Source of the DNA: Podarcis pityusensis
Taxonomy: Eukaryota
Direction: 5' to 3' (one strand)
DNA: 64,000 bases
NCBI GenBank assembly: GCA_964106645.2
Contig: OZ067043.1
The notes under the pieces are model-generated. The model made no database searches and was not told where the DNA came from. It was given only the letters and a program-made list of their open reading frames with translations. Each line of letters starts with the position of its first letter. Position 1 is the stretch's first letter. The translations under genes and the position numbers were made by a program. This document shows, in pieces, positions 50,441-62,570 of this stretch.

Positions 50441-51366
50441 TGAACAAAATAACACAACATGATGGCCAATAACAATGACACTAAACACTATTTATAGATT
50501 AATACACATGATCAGAAATTGCAACCAAAGTCTCTAAATCTTCTTCACCAGTCGTGGTAGAATAATTCAAAAGTTCAATATATACATAATCTGTCACCAA
50601 ATATCACCGGAACAGAGTTTCCGGATAATCAATCTGTTTCGTTCAATGCTTCATCAGCCAATCTTGATCAATTCTTCATCAGCCAGACTTGTAAGAATTA
50701 ATATGAGAAGGATGCAGTTCAATTTCTTAACAAGCTGAAATTACAATATACATGCGATGAAACCTGCGTCTGTATAAAATAAATTGCATAATACAATATA
50801 TACAACTAAGATTCATACCCAGTCTTACATGTAAGTAAATATAAATGCTGTAGAAAGCAATGATCCACTGACTGGACGGGGTACTGTTTTCATCTGGTTG
50901 TCAGGCATTCTTGCTGTTAATGTTGTGCTGTGTCTTTAATTTCCCTTACTGTATATTAGTTTCACCTGTGGCTAACTATATTATGTTCTTTACAATTTGT
51001 TACCAGCATCAGTTACTACAGTATCATATGAGTACTGATCCAGAGCATATTTTCTGCAGTATTTATATTTACTTACATGTAAGATTGGGTATGTATCTTA
51101 GTTGGGTATGTATCTTAGCACTGAACAAAACAGATTGGTTATCCGGAACTCTGTTCCGGTGATATTTGGTGGCAGATTATGTATATATCGAACTTTTGAA
51201 TTATTCTACCGCGACTGGTGAAGAAGTTTTAGAGACCTTGGTTGCAATTTCTGATCATTTGTATTAGTCTATAAATAGTGTTTAGTGCCATTGTTATTGG
51301 CCATCGTGTTGTGTTATTTTGTTCAGCTTGTCTATATTGCAACACAGGGTTCTGTTTATGGATTAT
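50441..51366. mobile_element. Penelope-like retroelement insertion with inverted arms and 15-bp TSD
   Basis: Identical tgttgctatctattc at 50426-50440 and 51367-51381. Arms 50440-50650 / 51118-51326 and 50803-50856 / 51051-51104 are reverse complements. The left arm contains a hammerhead motif. Confidence 0.8.
50606..50662 (-). ncRNA. Type I hammerhead ribozyme motif (PLE-associated, minimal stem II)
   Basis: Minus strand: attgg-CTGATGA-ag cattgaa c-GAAA-caga[ttgattatccggaaac]tctg-T-T-ccggt. Stem III is ACAGA/UCUGU, stem I is AUUGG/CCGGU with two G:U pairs, and the predicted cleavage triplet is GUU. Confidence 0.7.
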
Positions 51367-51619
51367 TGTTGCTATCTATTCAGCAAATCAGATTGGGAGG
51401 AAGTCTGAAAAAAGGAAACCTCATTTTAATATATCTAATTTTCTTTGTAGATCTTGCCAGGTAAAATGGCAATGGTCCTTGCAAGGTGAATTTGTGTGTA
51501 TGTGGTGCCCCTCTAGTCTCACTGATAAATCCCAGTGGCTTTTGAGATGTTTGGATGAAAGCTGTGATGCAAGATGCTCTAGTAGCAAACAATTTGAACA
51601 TGATAATTAAAAGGCTAAT

Positions 51620-52135
51620 ATGGACCAATGAACTTACTCCCCCAAACACCCTGCAAATTAGAGCTATAGCCCAAGGCTGTGTAAAATAATCAACATAAGG
51701 CTGATTTAATTATATAAACAAATTCAGGCTAAACAATTATCTTTAATATAATAATAATAATCCATATGCAAACATTCAATTAAATTCTAGTAAATCTGAG
51801 CAAGTCAGTAGAAAAATTCCAAATGTAACCAATTTTACTTGTTAGCTAACAGCCACTGATGAAAAGAGGAGTCAAAATGCATGTGGCACTTTTGATTGGA
51901 CTGAGCTGATTTGCTTCTAAGATTGCATGAACTTGGGACTCTTTGATTGCTTTGAAAACGATTGCCTCTAAGATTGGTTACATTTGGAATTTTTCTACTG
52001 ACTTGATAGGCTTAGATTTAATTGTACGTTTGCTTATGACATATTATTATATTTAAGACAGTTGATTAGACAGAATTTGTTTATATAATTCGATAAACAT
52101 TAATTATTGGGCAGTGGGTTCATTTAGTTCAGTCT
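51620..52135. mobile_element. Older Penelope-like fold-back remnant with degenerate hammerhead motif
   Basis: Inverted arms 51708-51833 / 51973-52090, with the inner 33 bp perfect. The spacer contains gcca-CTGATGA-aaagaggagtc-AAAA-tgcatg-tggc (51852-51887). Confidence 0.65.
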
Positions 52136-52604
52136 CTGAAGGAGGATTCTTTGATTGTAGTTAGCTCTCTCAACAGTACTATGCTGAAAGTAGACAGTGC
52201 CTCTCAACTCTTGTCATTGGAATGCAAGGCTGGACTGAAGCTCAAATTCACAGTCATTTATAGGGCTACCACAGCTTCCTGTGCTTGGCAATTTTGTGGA
52301 GTGGGGATGACAGAGGCAAAATTCTTCCCTGTCTTACTAGAAATAGGGTGCAGAAGGTGAGGAAGTGCCTGCGTTGGGTGGTAGGCAGTAGCCCAGGTGT
52401 TGACAATAACCATGTAGGCATTCCACCTCTTCCTGTTCTTGTAGGCAAGAACAATCCTATTGCTCACCCCTTGCCCACTCAGAGTGAGGGTAATGTCCCC
52501 TCACTCTGAATTGGCGTCATCCACCCTCTGTAAGGTTACAGTGCCAAATATAATGAGCTATTTTGTATTGTGATCCACAACATAAATCCATGATGTAAGA
52601 AAGA

Positions 52605-52968
52605 AGGAACCCTGATATCATTTATCTGAGGCCCTTCTTTGTGTGCCTCCTCCAGGAGAGGCCCAGAGGGTGGCAACACAAGAACAGGCCTTTTCTGCAC
52701 TGGCTCCCTGTTTGTGGAATGTTCTCCCCAGGGAGATTCAGCTGGCCTTCGTTATACACCTTTAAGTGCCAGGTGAATGACTTTCTCTTCAACCAGGCCT
52801 TTGGCTGATTGATATCGAATGCCCTTTTAAATGTGTTGTGGGAGGGGGTATTATTGGTTTGTTTTTTATCTTATTTTTATTATGTATTTTGTCTTTTTTA
52901 TATTATAATTTTATGTTGCGAACCACGCTGAGGTCTACAGATATATACAAATTTTAACAACAACAAAT
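52605..52968 (+). mobile_element. L2 LINE 3' end
   Basis: Translates to ATQEQAFSALAPCLWNVLPREIQLA, followed by ...ctcttcaaccaggcctttggctga, a T-rich UTR and an (aac)n tail. Confidence 0.8.
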
Positions 52969-55540
52969 AGCACTGAAGCAGCAAAGTAGGTGTGTAAAGG
53001 TCATTGTTAATTATACTTTATTTAACTAGATTCCCTCCCCCTTTTGTATAAAGTGACTAAGTGACATTTAATTGGGGTCTGCATCAACTCTGTGTGTACC
53101 TCAACTAATTTAGGTGCAATGGGGGTGATTTATGATAGCCTCTCATGTAACCAAGTCAGATCAAAGCATGTCATAGTAGGTGGACGTGTGCCAACCTTCC
53201 ATGTAGATCTGCTGCTTTGTTTTCCTCCCCATAAAGTTAAACACACAACCATTTTCTTTCTTTCCCCACATTTCTTTTCCAATAGATTGGCTCCTCTTAG
53301 TTTAGGTCAAAAACATGCAAGCAGAGAAACAAAAACAAGCTCACTGGGGAAATGCCCAGAGTTTGGGTGGAGAGTGGTAGGGTTTCCTACACAAAAACTG
53401 CAGGTTGGATCTGTCCAAAATATAGCATACTTGATCCACTCTGGAGGAGCTCCTTTGCCTGTAAATGCCACCCACTTGTGTGAAAAGGGGAACAAAGTTA
53501 CAGCCACTTTTAGATTCCCCATTACAGTTATTGAAGGGGGCATACCAGGGCTTCAGATTTAACCCATCAAACTTGGACCTGAATAGCAAATCTACCGGTA
53601 ACTGAAACAAGACAAAGTGGATCTGAAGCAGACCGGGCTGCTTCCAAATCCTTCTGTTTCAGTTAAAAAGAGAAACTTGTGGCCATTGCATACCCATAGT
53701 ATTTACATAACAATGCTGTTTTAATTTTCCTATTGTCTAACACCACTATAGGCAAGATTCTTAGTACTCAGTTGGGTTTACAGAAAGAATAGTAATCAAG
53801 GCTAATGTGCAGATTGGCTAACGATTACTTCCTTCAAATAAATCTCTGTAGGGGTAGCAACTACAATAAAATCAGCAGGATGGATAATGGCTTATCTAAA
53901 ACAAATTGTTTCAGATAACCATAGGCCACATCCCATTTGTCCTTATTGAGCAAATGGCATTGGATTGTAAGAGCTCGGCCCTATCATCTGGGTGGGCCTG
54001 GCTGCTAAAGACTTCAGAAATGTTGGCATAAGCACTTTGGACAGCATGAATAAATTTGGTCCCAGGGATAGGCTAAGTGAACTTGATAATTTAGAAGAGC
54101 AATTGGGAGAATTGGGAGAACAATTCACCTGCAGTTCAAATCAATGGCAAATTAGATCATATCCCTGCTCTAGGTATCTATATAAATTCTACTACTGTAG
54201 CCAGATTTTCCTGGAAACCCTAAACTCAAGCCACACCATGTGGTCCCTCCCCCAGAGGAAATGAACTCTAATGGTTAACAGGGCAATCCTATACAATTCT
54301 ACTCAGAAGATAGCCACAGTAAGACTTATTCCCAGATAAGTGTGTGTATAGGATTGCAACCCACATATTTTTTTGATGGGAAACTTTCCTGTTCCTATTT
54401 GTTAAAAAGCAAAATGTATCCATGGGAAAATAAATTGAACCATAGTTACTTTCATCATTAGTTATCGCTTGGCCGAGTGAGACTTACTTGAGAATTAGTT
54501 ATTTCTTTAAAAGTGTGTGCATAAGATATCTGCATCTATATCTATCTGGTTCAATATATTGTATTTTTCTATTTTACCCAGGACAGATTTTATAAAATTT
54601 ACTTGTCCAATTTTAGACAGGACATCCTATTGTCAAACACGGTCTCCTTATTCTGGTACTTGTTACACATGGTTTACTCAGTGCACACTCTTCTGAACAA
54701 CTGTACTGATCAGGGTTACCAAGTTTTGCTACATAAGAGAAAAGCTGGAGAACGATAAAATATGTGTTGTTAGCTGGAAAACTTCAATGAAACAATTGGT
54801 AGTTTCTTCTTGTTCTCCTTCTTGAAAACCTTATTCACTGTTTTTTCATCTTTAATTTCATTTTCCTCAATCAATCTGAGTGAATGTGTTTGTTCCAGAA
54901 GATCTACCACATCAATGTTTTTCTCCATTTATAAGTAGAAATCCTAGCATGTATTAGTTTCTGATGCCCCTTCATGAGAATCAACACTGCTGTTCTTACA
55001 CAGCTTACACAGTTCTTACACTAGTGCTAACAGGGACACTTTGTGCTTGCTTTTCTTCTTCTTACAGTACTTTGGCACCTTCATGATTAGATGGGCAACT
55101 TCCTTCCCCTTCACTGCTCATGCTGGATTGAAAATATGGTGAGGTATTTTCTCCCAAATTCAGTTTTTCCAAACTGCCCTGAAGGGCAGAAGATATATGT
55201 ATCAGATAGGTTTGAAAGCTAACTTCGGAAGGAAGATGAGCCACCTCTAAGCCCCCAGCCCTTTCCCCCTATGTTTCCATGAGTCCTCCAATCCCTTTCC
55301 CTCTTTACCATTCATCCCACATGCTGGTAGTTGATGGTTGCACTCCAGCATCAGCAAATCATGGGGAAAGGAAAGGAATGGAAGTGTTTCCATTCCGCAC
55401 GCTATATCTCAAGGCCTTGCTGTAGCCCAATTCCCAACAGTCCCAGCAAGCATGGCCAATGTCCAGGGATGATGAAAGTTGTCATTCAACAATATCTGGC
55501 ACGTCAGAGGTTTCCTATACCTGCTGTAGCCTCTTGAAAG

Positions 55541-56650
55541 TGTAGCTTTCCCAATGGCTTACTGGCATTGCTACTTAAGTAGCCCTTGCATCCAGATAGG
55601 CAAATAAAGAGGCAGACACACAAGTTGGGGTTGAACTTATATTTATTTAGAACTTATATTAAAATCAGCAGAGGGAGATGACTATGGGGTGGGAACTAAC
55701 TTAATTGGATAACTATAGCCATTGGGTGACCCACCCTTGCCTAAGGAATTAGGGCACAGCTCTCTAGCCTGCCCTGTTTCCTGGCCCATACTCTGAAGGT
55801 GAGAACAGAGACTTTGCCTCATCATGTCCCTGGGACTGCAGAGCTCCTAGTGGATGAGGAAGTTTGGCCTCAAAGGAGGCCCCTATCCCACCCACTGAAC
55901 TGTGGAGTCTGAGAAGTGAGCCTCAGGGCTGACCCATCACCTGAAAGGTGCCTAAAGGGTGTCACTAGCCTAAACCGAACTATTTCTTTTCCTGCACCCA
56001 CACTGCCCAAAGCAGGCATAGGCAAACTACACTTCCCATCATCCCTGACCACTGGTCCTGTTAGCTAGGGACAATGGGAACTGTAGTCCCAAACATCTGG
56101 AGGGCTGGAGTTTGCCTATGCCTGGTCCAAAGTGACCAAATCAAGAAGATTAACCTACTGAAACAACACAATAGACCATCTAGCACTCTGTCCCGCTATT
56201 CAGTGCGAAGTAGGCAAAGAGCCAATTTGCAATCCAAAATGCAGTTTGGGGGAAAATCCTATGTGGTAACCCCAAAGCACACTGGGAGGGAGGGAGGGCA
56301 CTGCTGGAGAGAAGACAGACCATCCTTTAAGTAGGGATCAAGCCCTGCCTTCCTCCTCAGACCATCTTAGGAATATACCAAATGGCACCAAGGATTTCCT
56401 CGCACTGCCTCTCTTGCTCCAGTGGCCCAGAACAGTGCACCTCCGTCTCAGTTCCATCTAGCCTATTTCGTGGAATGTTCTTGGGGAAAATGCACTTCCC
56501 AGGGGCTGGGCACATTGCCTTGCACATCACTATGCACCAGCCAAAGGGGGGGGGGAGACCTTCTTCCATCTCCTTGCATGCTCTTGGGGTAATCTGAGTG
56601 CTTGCTCTTTGTCTTGCTGTCATGTGCCAAGCACTGGCTATGGAGTATGC
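55541..56650 (-). mobile_element. Probable ERV-like LTR remnant (right boundary uncertain)
   Basis: Minus strand ends ...gggaaagctaCA, with an AATAAA about 100 bp upstream and a TATA-like cctacttaaagg near 56330. It is interrupted by a MITE. Confidence 0.4.
56013..56124. mobile_element. hAT-type MITE, internally deleted
   Basis: Perfect 16-bp TIR caggcataggcaaact / agtttgcctatgcctg; 8-bp TSD gcccaaag / gtccaaag. Confidence 0.9.
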
Positions 56651-57271
56651 CAAATTATGTTTCCCATCTCATGCTCCAGATCCAAGCTGGCAGAGTCTTT
56701 GCTCTATGAAGCATGCCGGATTATATTTTTACATGCTCTAGAAATCCCACTGGACAGAAGAAACACTCCTATCCTACCTTGTCCCCTCCCCACTCCAAAG
56801 TTTCTCTCTCCCTGAAAAAAAAGTGGGGGGCTTCTCCTCACATTACATCCCCCTCTGCATGCCCTGAGCTGGTGAATTAACAGCTGATTGAATTAACAAT
56901 TTTATCAACTGTCACAGTTATTTAATGTGGAGAAAACGGAACACAATCTTTTCTTCATGCTACTCTCCCAAAAGGACAATCTGCAATTTGTTTCGTCACT
57001 TGCCTAATATTGCTGGTAGGTTATTTTAATTAATATTTAACTAAACTCTACTTTTCTCAGTGTTCTCTTTTACTGTTCTCCGTCTTTTTTATTTGAGCCT
57101 GTTAAATATTTGATGGTTATTCTTCTTTTCCCAGACTTGCCAGCCAAATTCAGAATAAATTGGGCTTTGGGTTGATTTTGACACTTTAGACAATTCAGAA
57201 TCCTGTTTTGATAATGTTGCAGCCACAGCAAAATCTGCTATTCTTTTGATGCTACATGTTTGTCAGGACCT

Positions 57272-57665
57272 TAAGAACATAAGAAGAGTGTTTCTGGATC
57301 AGACCAAAAGTTCAGCTAATCAAAGCATTACATTAGGCAACACAATGCTTATGGGAAACCCATAAGCAGAACTTGAGTGCAGCAGCAGAGTCACAGCAAA
57401 ACTCTCCCAACTTGTGCTCCGCAACTACTGGCTCCCATCCTGGTAGTGAGACACAGCTTTTGTGGTTTGTTACCATCACTTCATCTTGCAGAAGCAAATT
57501 CTATAGTTTATTATGCACAGTATGAAGAAGTACTTTTGTCTGCTGTGAATCTCCCAACGTGCATTGTCATTGGATGGCCCCCATGTTCCAGCTTTAAGAG
57601 AGAGCAATAAAAACTATTTACCTTGTCTACACAAGACATAATCTTATACACCTTTATCATACCTT
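57272..57665 (-). mobile_element. CR1 LINE 3' end
   Basis: taagaacataagaagag tail. The minus-strand translation contains MIKVYKIM..VDKV...GGHPMTMHVGRFTADKSTS, matching CR1 ORF2 MIEVYKIM...RGHPMKL..RF.TDKRKYFF. Confidence 0.85.
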
Positions 57666-59758
57666 CCAATACAAAGTGTCCCCAAACCAGGGTGCTATCT
57701 TCTGGGCTCTCACTCCCATGTGTGTCATGTGACCCACACGAGATTGTGGCACAAGGTTTTTTTGGGAGGAGGAATCTTGCACATGTTTTGGGGTGGTGTG
57801 CAAGATTGTTGCCCCCAAAAAGCACTTTTTTCAGGGCAAGAGTGCAGTCTGAAATAGCATAAGATTGCTGCAGGCATTTTGGCCCCCATCTGCTTGTGAG
57901 AAAAATTGGGACGTCCCATTTTCCAGGACAGTTGTTGGGTATGCTGTAGTATACTCCCCTAAAGGCTGTAACCATTTCTCACAGGGAAAAGTTATATTGT
58001 TGACACAGTAGTATGAATGATGACTATATATTCTCATTGTATTTTTCTTTCCACATTACCTAACCTGCCCCCTAAATTATAAGCATGTTCATTATATTTT
58101 AGCTTCTGAGACCAAGCATGAGTATGACCTAAAAGCCAAATCTGCACTCTTGGACGACAAAATGTTTTCAAAATAGGTATAATTTTTTATGTTAAGGTTA
58201 ATTTTTTGTGTGTTGATTCCAAGCCAAATATGCAAGCAGAACAGCAAAGTATTTATGCCCTCTTGTGACTACAAAATCATGATGCAGTATGACTGCATTG
58301 AAAAACATGCAGACAATGTATTTCTGCAACAGAACCCACAGAAAGACTTACCTCTGCAGCAGCAAGGAACATTGCAGAGGAACAAAGCTACGGGTACAGT
58401 AAAAGGATTTAACGAAAAACCATAGTCTGGGCTCACCTCCTTTTCACGAGCAGAAATCTACATAGGGGCTCAACTTTACATGACACTAATTGCAACCTCA
58501 CAGGGAAACAATAAGACGATAGGCTAGCCACAAGGCTGGGTGAATGGCCGCCACATTTATTGATTTAAACAGCCACAGATCGGCAGTGGTGACAACTGTG
58601 TGGGATTCTAACTAACTGTGGGTGAGCTCACTCCGGTAAGAGAGGGAGGCGGCTGGGTGGGGTGCTATTTTCTGTTTTGCCTCCAGCAGCAAAATGGCTT
58701 GGGATGGCTCTGCGTACTGCCTCCAAGCATGGCCTCCTGCCGCAGTCACAATGTAAATTGCCCCCCTTCCACCATGTCACAGTTAGGTTTAGGAAAAATA
58801 GTCCTGCTAATGCCATATTCTAACAGTTTTCCCTAGAAATGCTCTCCTCCTGTATTGGAGAAGAATTTTCTAATAGTTCTTTGAATGGAGTAAGGCCATA
58901 CCTTTTAGATGGCAGCTTCTCAGACTCCCAACTGTGTGGCGAATTTCATTGTTGGTTTTGCTGCAGTGGAGTAATGCTGTTGCAGCCTGTGGAAATTCTG
59001 CCCTTTCTCCTTTTTTAAAACCTCAGTGTTTCCATCAGGAACATGTCTGTGTCTGCATACATGCCTTTTTTCCTAGGAGCTCCTGTCTTCATCCAGCAAA
59101 ACACTCTTTGCTCAAGCAGAACAAATAAGCAGAATAAATAAAAATGATGGATCTATATACCCTGGGGTTGGCTTCCACACGCTCAAACAAAAGACACACA
59201 GGCATTCTTTGCCATCTTTGTATCAGGCTAGTATCAGGTTACTCTATGAGCCTGACTGATGTCATACAGACCCTTTTGTGGCCATCACTCCAACCCTCCA
59301 ACTCTAAATTAGTTATTTGTACATGTACAATAAATCCTCTAGTTTTGATTGGACTCAATTAGAAGGATGCTAATTATGTGTGTCGCTAGCTCTCATCATG
59401 CGACTGAAGGTATTTTAGGTAGTAAGTTAATTATTGTCTAAATCTATTGGGTACAAAAGTGTCAAGGGCCTTGACGAAAGAGGAGTCACTGGCGTTCATC
59501 ACCAGTGAAAAGATTTTCATGCTGCTGAAATTACGGATGTTGTGTCATCCTTTTTCCTGGAAACGGCTCAGTGACAGTGATTTTGGTAATTAGGCTTATT
59601 TCTGTAAACTCTTTTGCTTTTTTTTAATTTGAAAAAACCCACTGCTGATTTACACAGCAGTGCACATAGCTGTGTTCCATGTGCTCTTTTCAGCAACTTC
59701 CCTTGCAATCTGGATCCTCAGGAATGTGCCATATCTTGGGGAAATGCTATGTGTAGAA

Positions 59759-60290
59759 CAGCAGTGGGGAACCTTTGGGTTTGTGGGTCCAATCTGGTGC
59801 ACCAGGCTTTCTCATCTGGCCTGTGAGGCCACTTTGGCAAAGCCATGCCCATCTGCCCTATAGCCAGTGCTCCCCCCCCACCTAAAAAATGCTTAGGGGT
59901 ACTCTTATTTTCCTACTCATATTTGAAACACTGCCTCTCAATGAGGCCAAACTTAGATTCACAAAATGTTTAGGGGTATGTGTACCCCTGCATCCCCCCA
60001 GAATAAAAGCACTGCCTATAGCCGATGTCATATATAATGTCAGGTGTGGGGCAGGCAAAGAGCTGACTGGCACTGACATATTCTAGCACTGCCAAACAGC
60101 TGATCATCAATGTTTGCAAAGTGCTGTGCCTTTGCGCAGTTTGATTTCAAAGGAAAAATGGGTCACTGGAAGTTGCTGTTTTTTCAAGTAATTGACAGGT
60201 GGGGCCCACTTGCCCACCTGCCAAACTTGTCCAATGGGGGTGGAGGATGGGAAGGCAAGGCAAGGGTCTATATCCAGTTCTCCATGCCTG
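59759..60290. mobile_element. hAT non-autonomous element, host of a nested insertion
   Basis: Ends cagcagtggggaac / gttctccatgcctg; degenerate TSD gtgtagaa / gtgcagag. Confidence 0.65.
59865..60014. mobile_element. hAT MITE nested in another hAT element
   Basis: TIR cagtgct / agcactg; perfect 8-bp TSD cctatagc (59857-59864 and 60015-60022). Confidence 0.85.
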
Positions 60291-60539
60291 GTGCAGAGGC
60301 TGAACCCACCTGGAGCACTTAGTTACCCTGAAGCAGAGGTGCAGGAAGGTCAGGTGGTACCCGGAGCAAAAAATTTCTTGTCATCCCCCCCACATTGATT
60401 TTTTTTTTTGCCTGCAAAAATGGTTTTATGTTATTTCCTATTTTCTTACAAAGGAATGTGGATTCTGAGCCTCTGATAACAAGTAGGTGACTATGGACAG
60501 ATACTTAAATCTACAGGATGGATCGTGTTTTGGCTTGTG

Positions 60540-60770
60540 TTATTTTATTTATATTTATTTTATTTATTTTAAAAAACCTGCAAAAACAAAAAACAAAAAA
60601 AAACCAACACCACAGCAGTAAAATCAAGAAAAATTAACAATCCTACTTTAAAACATACAAAGCTAAAATAGTAAGATTAAAATTACTTCAACTTCCTAAG
60701 CATCTAGGTATGCTTGCCTACAGAAGAATGCTTTTAGCAGGTGCCTGAAAAGAGTCTAGCAAAGGCCTGT
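60540..60770 (-). mobile_element. L2 LINE 3' fragment
   Basis: A-rich reversed UTR followed by gcttgcctacagaagaatgcttttagcaggtgcctgaaa, whose reverse strand encodes FRHLLKAFFCRQA. Confidence 0.6.
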
Positions 60771-62570
60771 GCTTTGTTGAAATTTCAGCCTTCACGACAT
60801 AGGAAAGTGGCCAAGTAAACAGCTATTTTCATGGAGGAGGGTCAAGATATTAACTGATATGCATGAAATTTCATATGTAGCTATATAATCCCTAGTGTAG
60901 TAAGATAAGACCTTTGGAGCAGGCATTTTTTTAAAAAAGTTTTTTATGAACCGCCCTAGTAGGGCAGTAATTATTCCTTGATAATTTGTCAACCTCTCCA
61001 TGATGGCACTGGGGCGGCCCACCCCCCTTCCCCCTTTCCTATGTCCCTGCCCTGAAGAGCTGAGACTTAAAGCAATGCAGTGCCTTTTTCTGATTGGCTG
61101 GCATTACCCTATTCTTAGAAGGAAGAGGAACGTAACAGGGCCTTCCTGAGGTCTCAGCAATGAAGAAAGACAAAACTGGCACCAGGATAGTGTGTTCCTT
61201 GCATTCAGCATCTCATGCAATGTACCAAACTTCATGATTCTCTTTCTCTCTCTCTCTCTTCCTTGCCTGTGCTCTTCTCCAGCATTGTTTCATAGGAAGG
61301 ATGCAAATGCCTGAGGATAATCGTGTTTGCAGCACAATGCAGTTTACAAGTATGAGCTCAGCAGCAGGTTCCCCATGCAACGGATTGGCCTGTGCTAATG
61401 TGAATGTGCTCACCTCCCCTGCTGGAGCTGAGAGACAGTCACAGCTCCTAGATCTTCATTTAAAAACTGTCAACATTTTGCATGCACTTTCCAACGGGTT
61501 GTTTACAGCACTGCCTGCAGAAAACACCAAATTGTACACTGGAGGGAACCAAAACTGCATCCAGGGGGCTGTTTTACTGAGCATTTAATGAGAGACGTTA
61601 AAAAAACCATAAGCTGATGTATCCACCTCCCTCACTTTGAGGGTATAGCCATCTCCCACTCCTGGCAGTCAAGCACCATTCACCTACTACTGTGCCCAAC
61701 ACATGGAGTGTAGCCTTTGTTACATGGAGTGCTCTCAAGGAACAGGCAGAGCAAATGGATTTGGTTCAGCGTTTAACTCTTGCTGGCTGGGGTTGATGAG
61801 AGTTGTGGTGCAAAATATGTGGAAGGTACCAGATTGGTGAAGGATGGAGTAGTAAGACAATGTGATGGGAATTAGGGAAGATAGGCAGCACATTGCATTT
61901 CTTGTGGCACTTTTGATCACTTGCAAGGCTGGTAGATTTATTTCTCTTTGTTTGGCTACTCCAGTTGAGGATGAAGGATAATAATTAGCTTCCTTGTAAA
62001 GTGCAAGCCTTCAAAGGGAAATTAGAGTGGCAATCCTATTCTTGCTTACCTGGGAATCAGTACTATTGATCCTAACAGGTTGGCATGCATAGGGTTTAGG
62101 AACAGTAGAGGTATTTCTATTAATTCTGATATGAACTGATCAGATTGGTTTCTCCTAACTAATGTGGAGATTGGAATGTAATTATCCTTCAGATTTTGCA
62201 GTTTGCTGTATTTTGCAATACACTTTGGTCTCAAAGTTTTAATAAAATGCAGCTGAAATGCATATTTTAGGGGGAAAATGGGTGAGATTCGCCTAAGGAG
62301 CTCCATCATAGACATCTGCTTGTACAATGTGCCTTCTCCTTCCCCTGCATGATCCATTCCTGAAGTTGTTTGTATGTGTGTATGTAGAGTCATGGCAGCA
62401 GGTCCCTCCCCTGATCAGCTCTTCTGCACAAAGCCCGCTGTCAAGATCCTGCTCCCCTTTCTATGTTTAGTATCTCCCCTCTGATCATAAGAACAGGGCT
62501 CATGATGTAGAAATCAAAACCACATTTGGTCATAGGGGTCTCACTAACTGGCTTTGCTTATGATCTCCAT

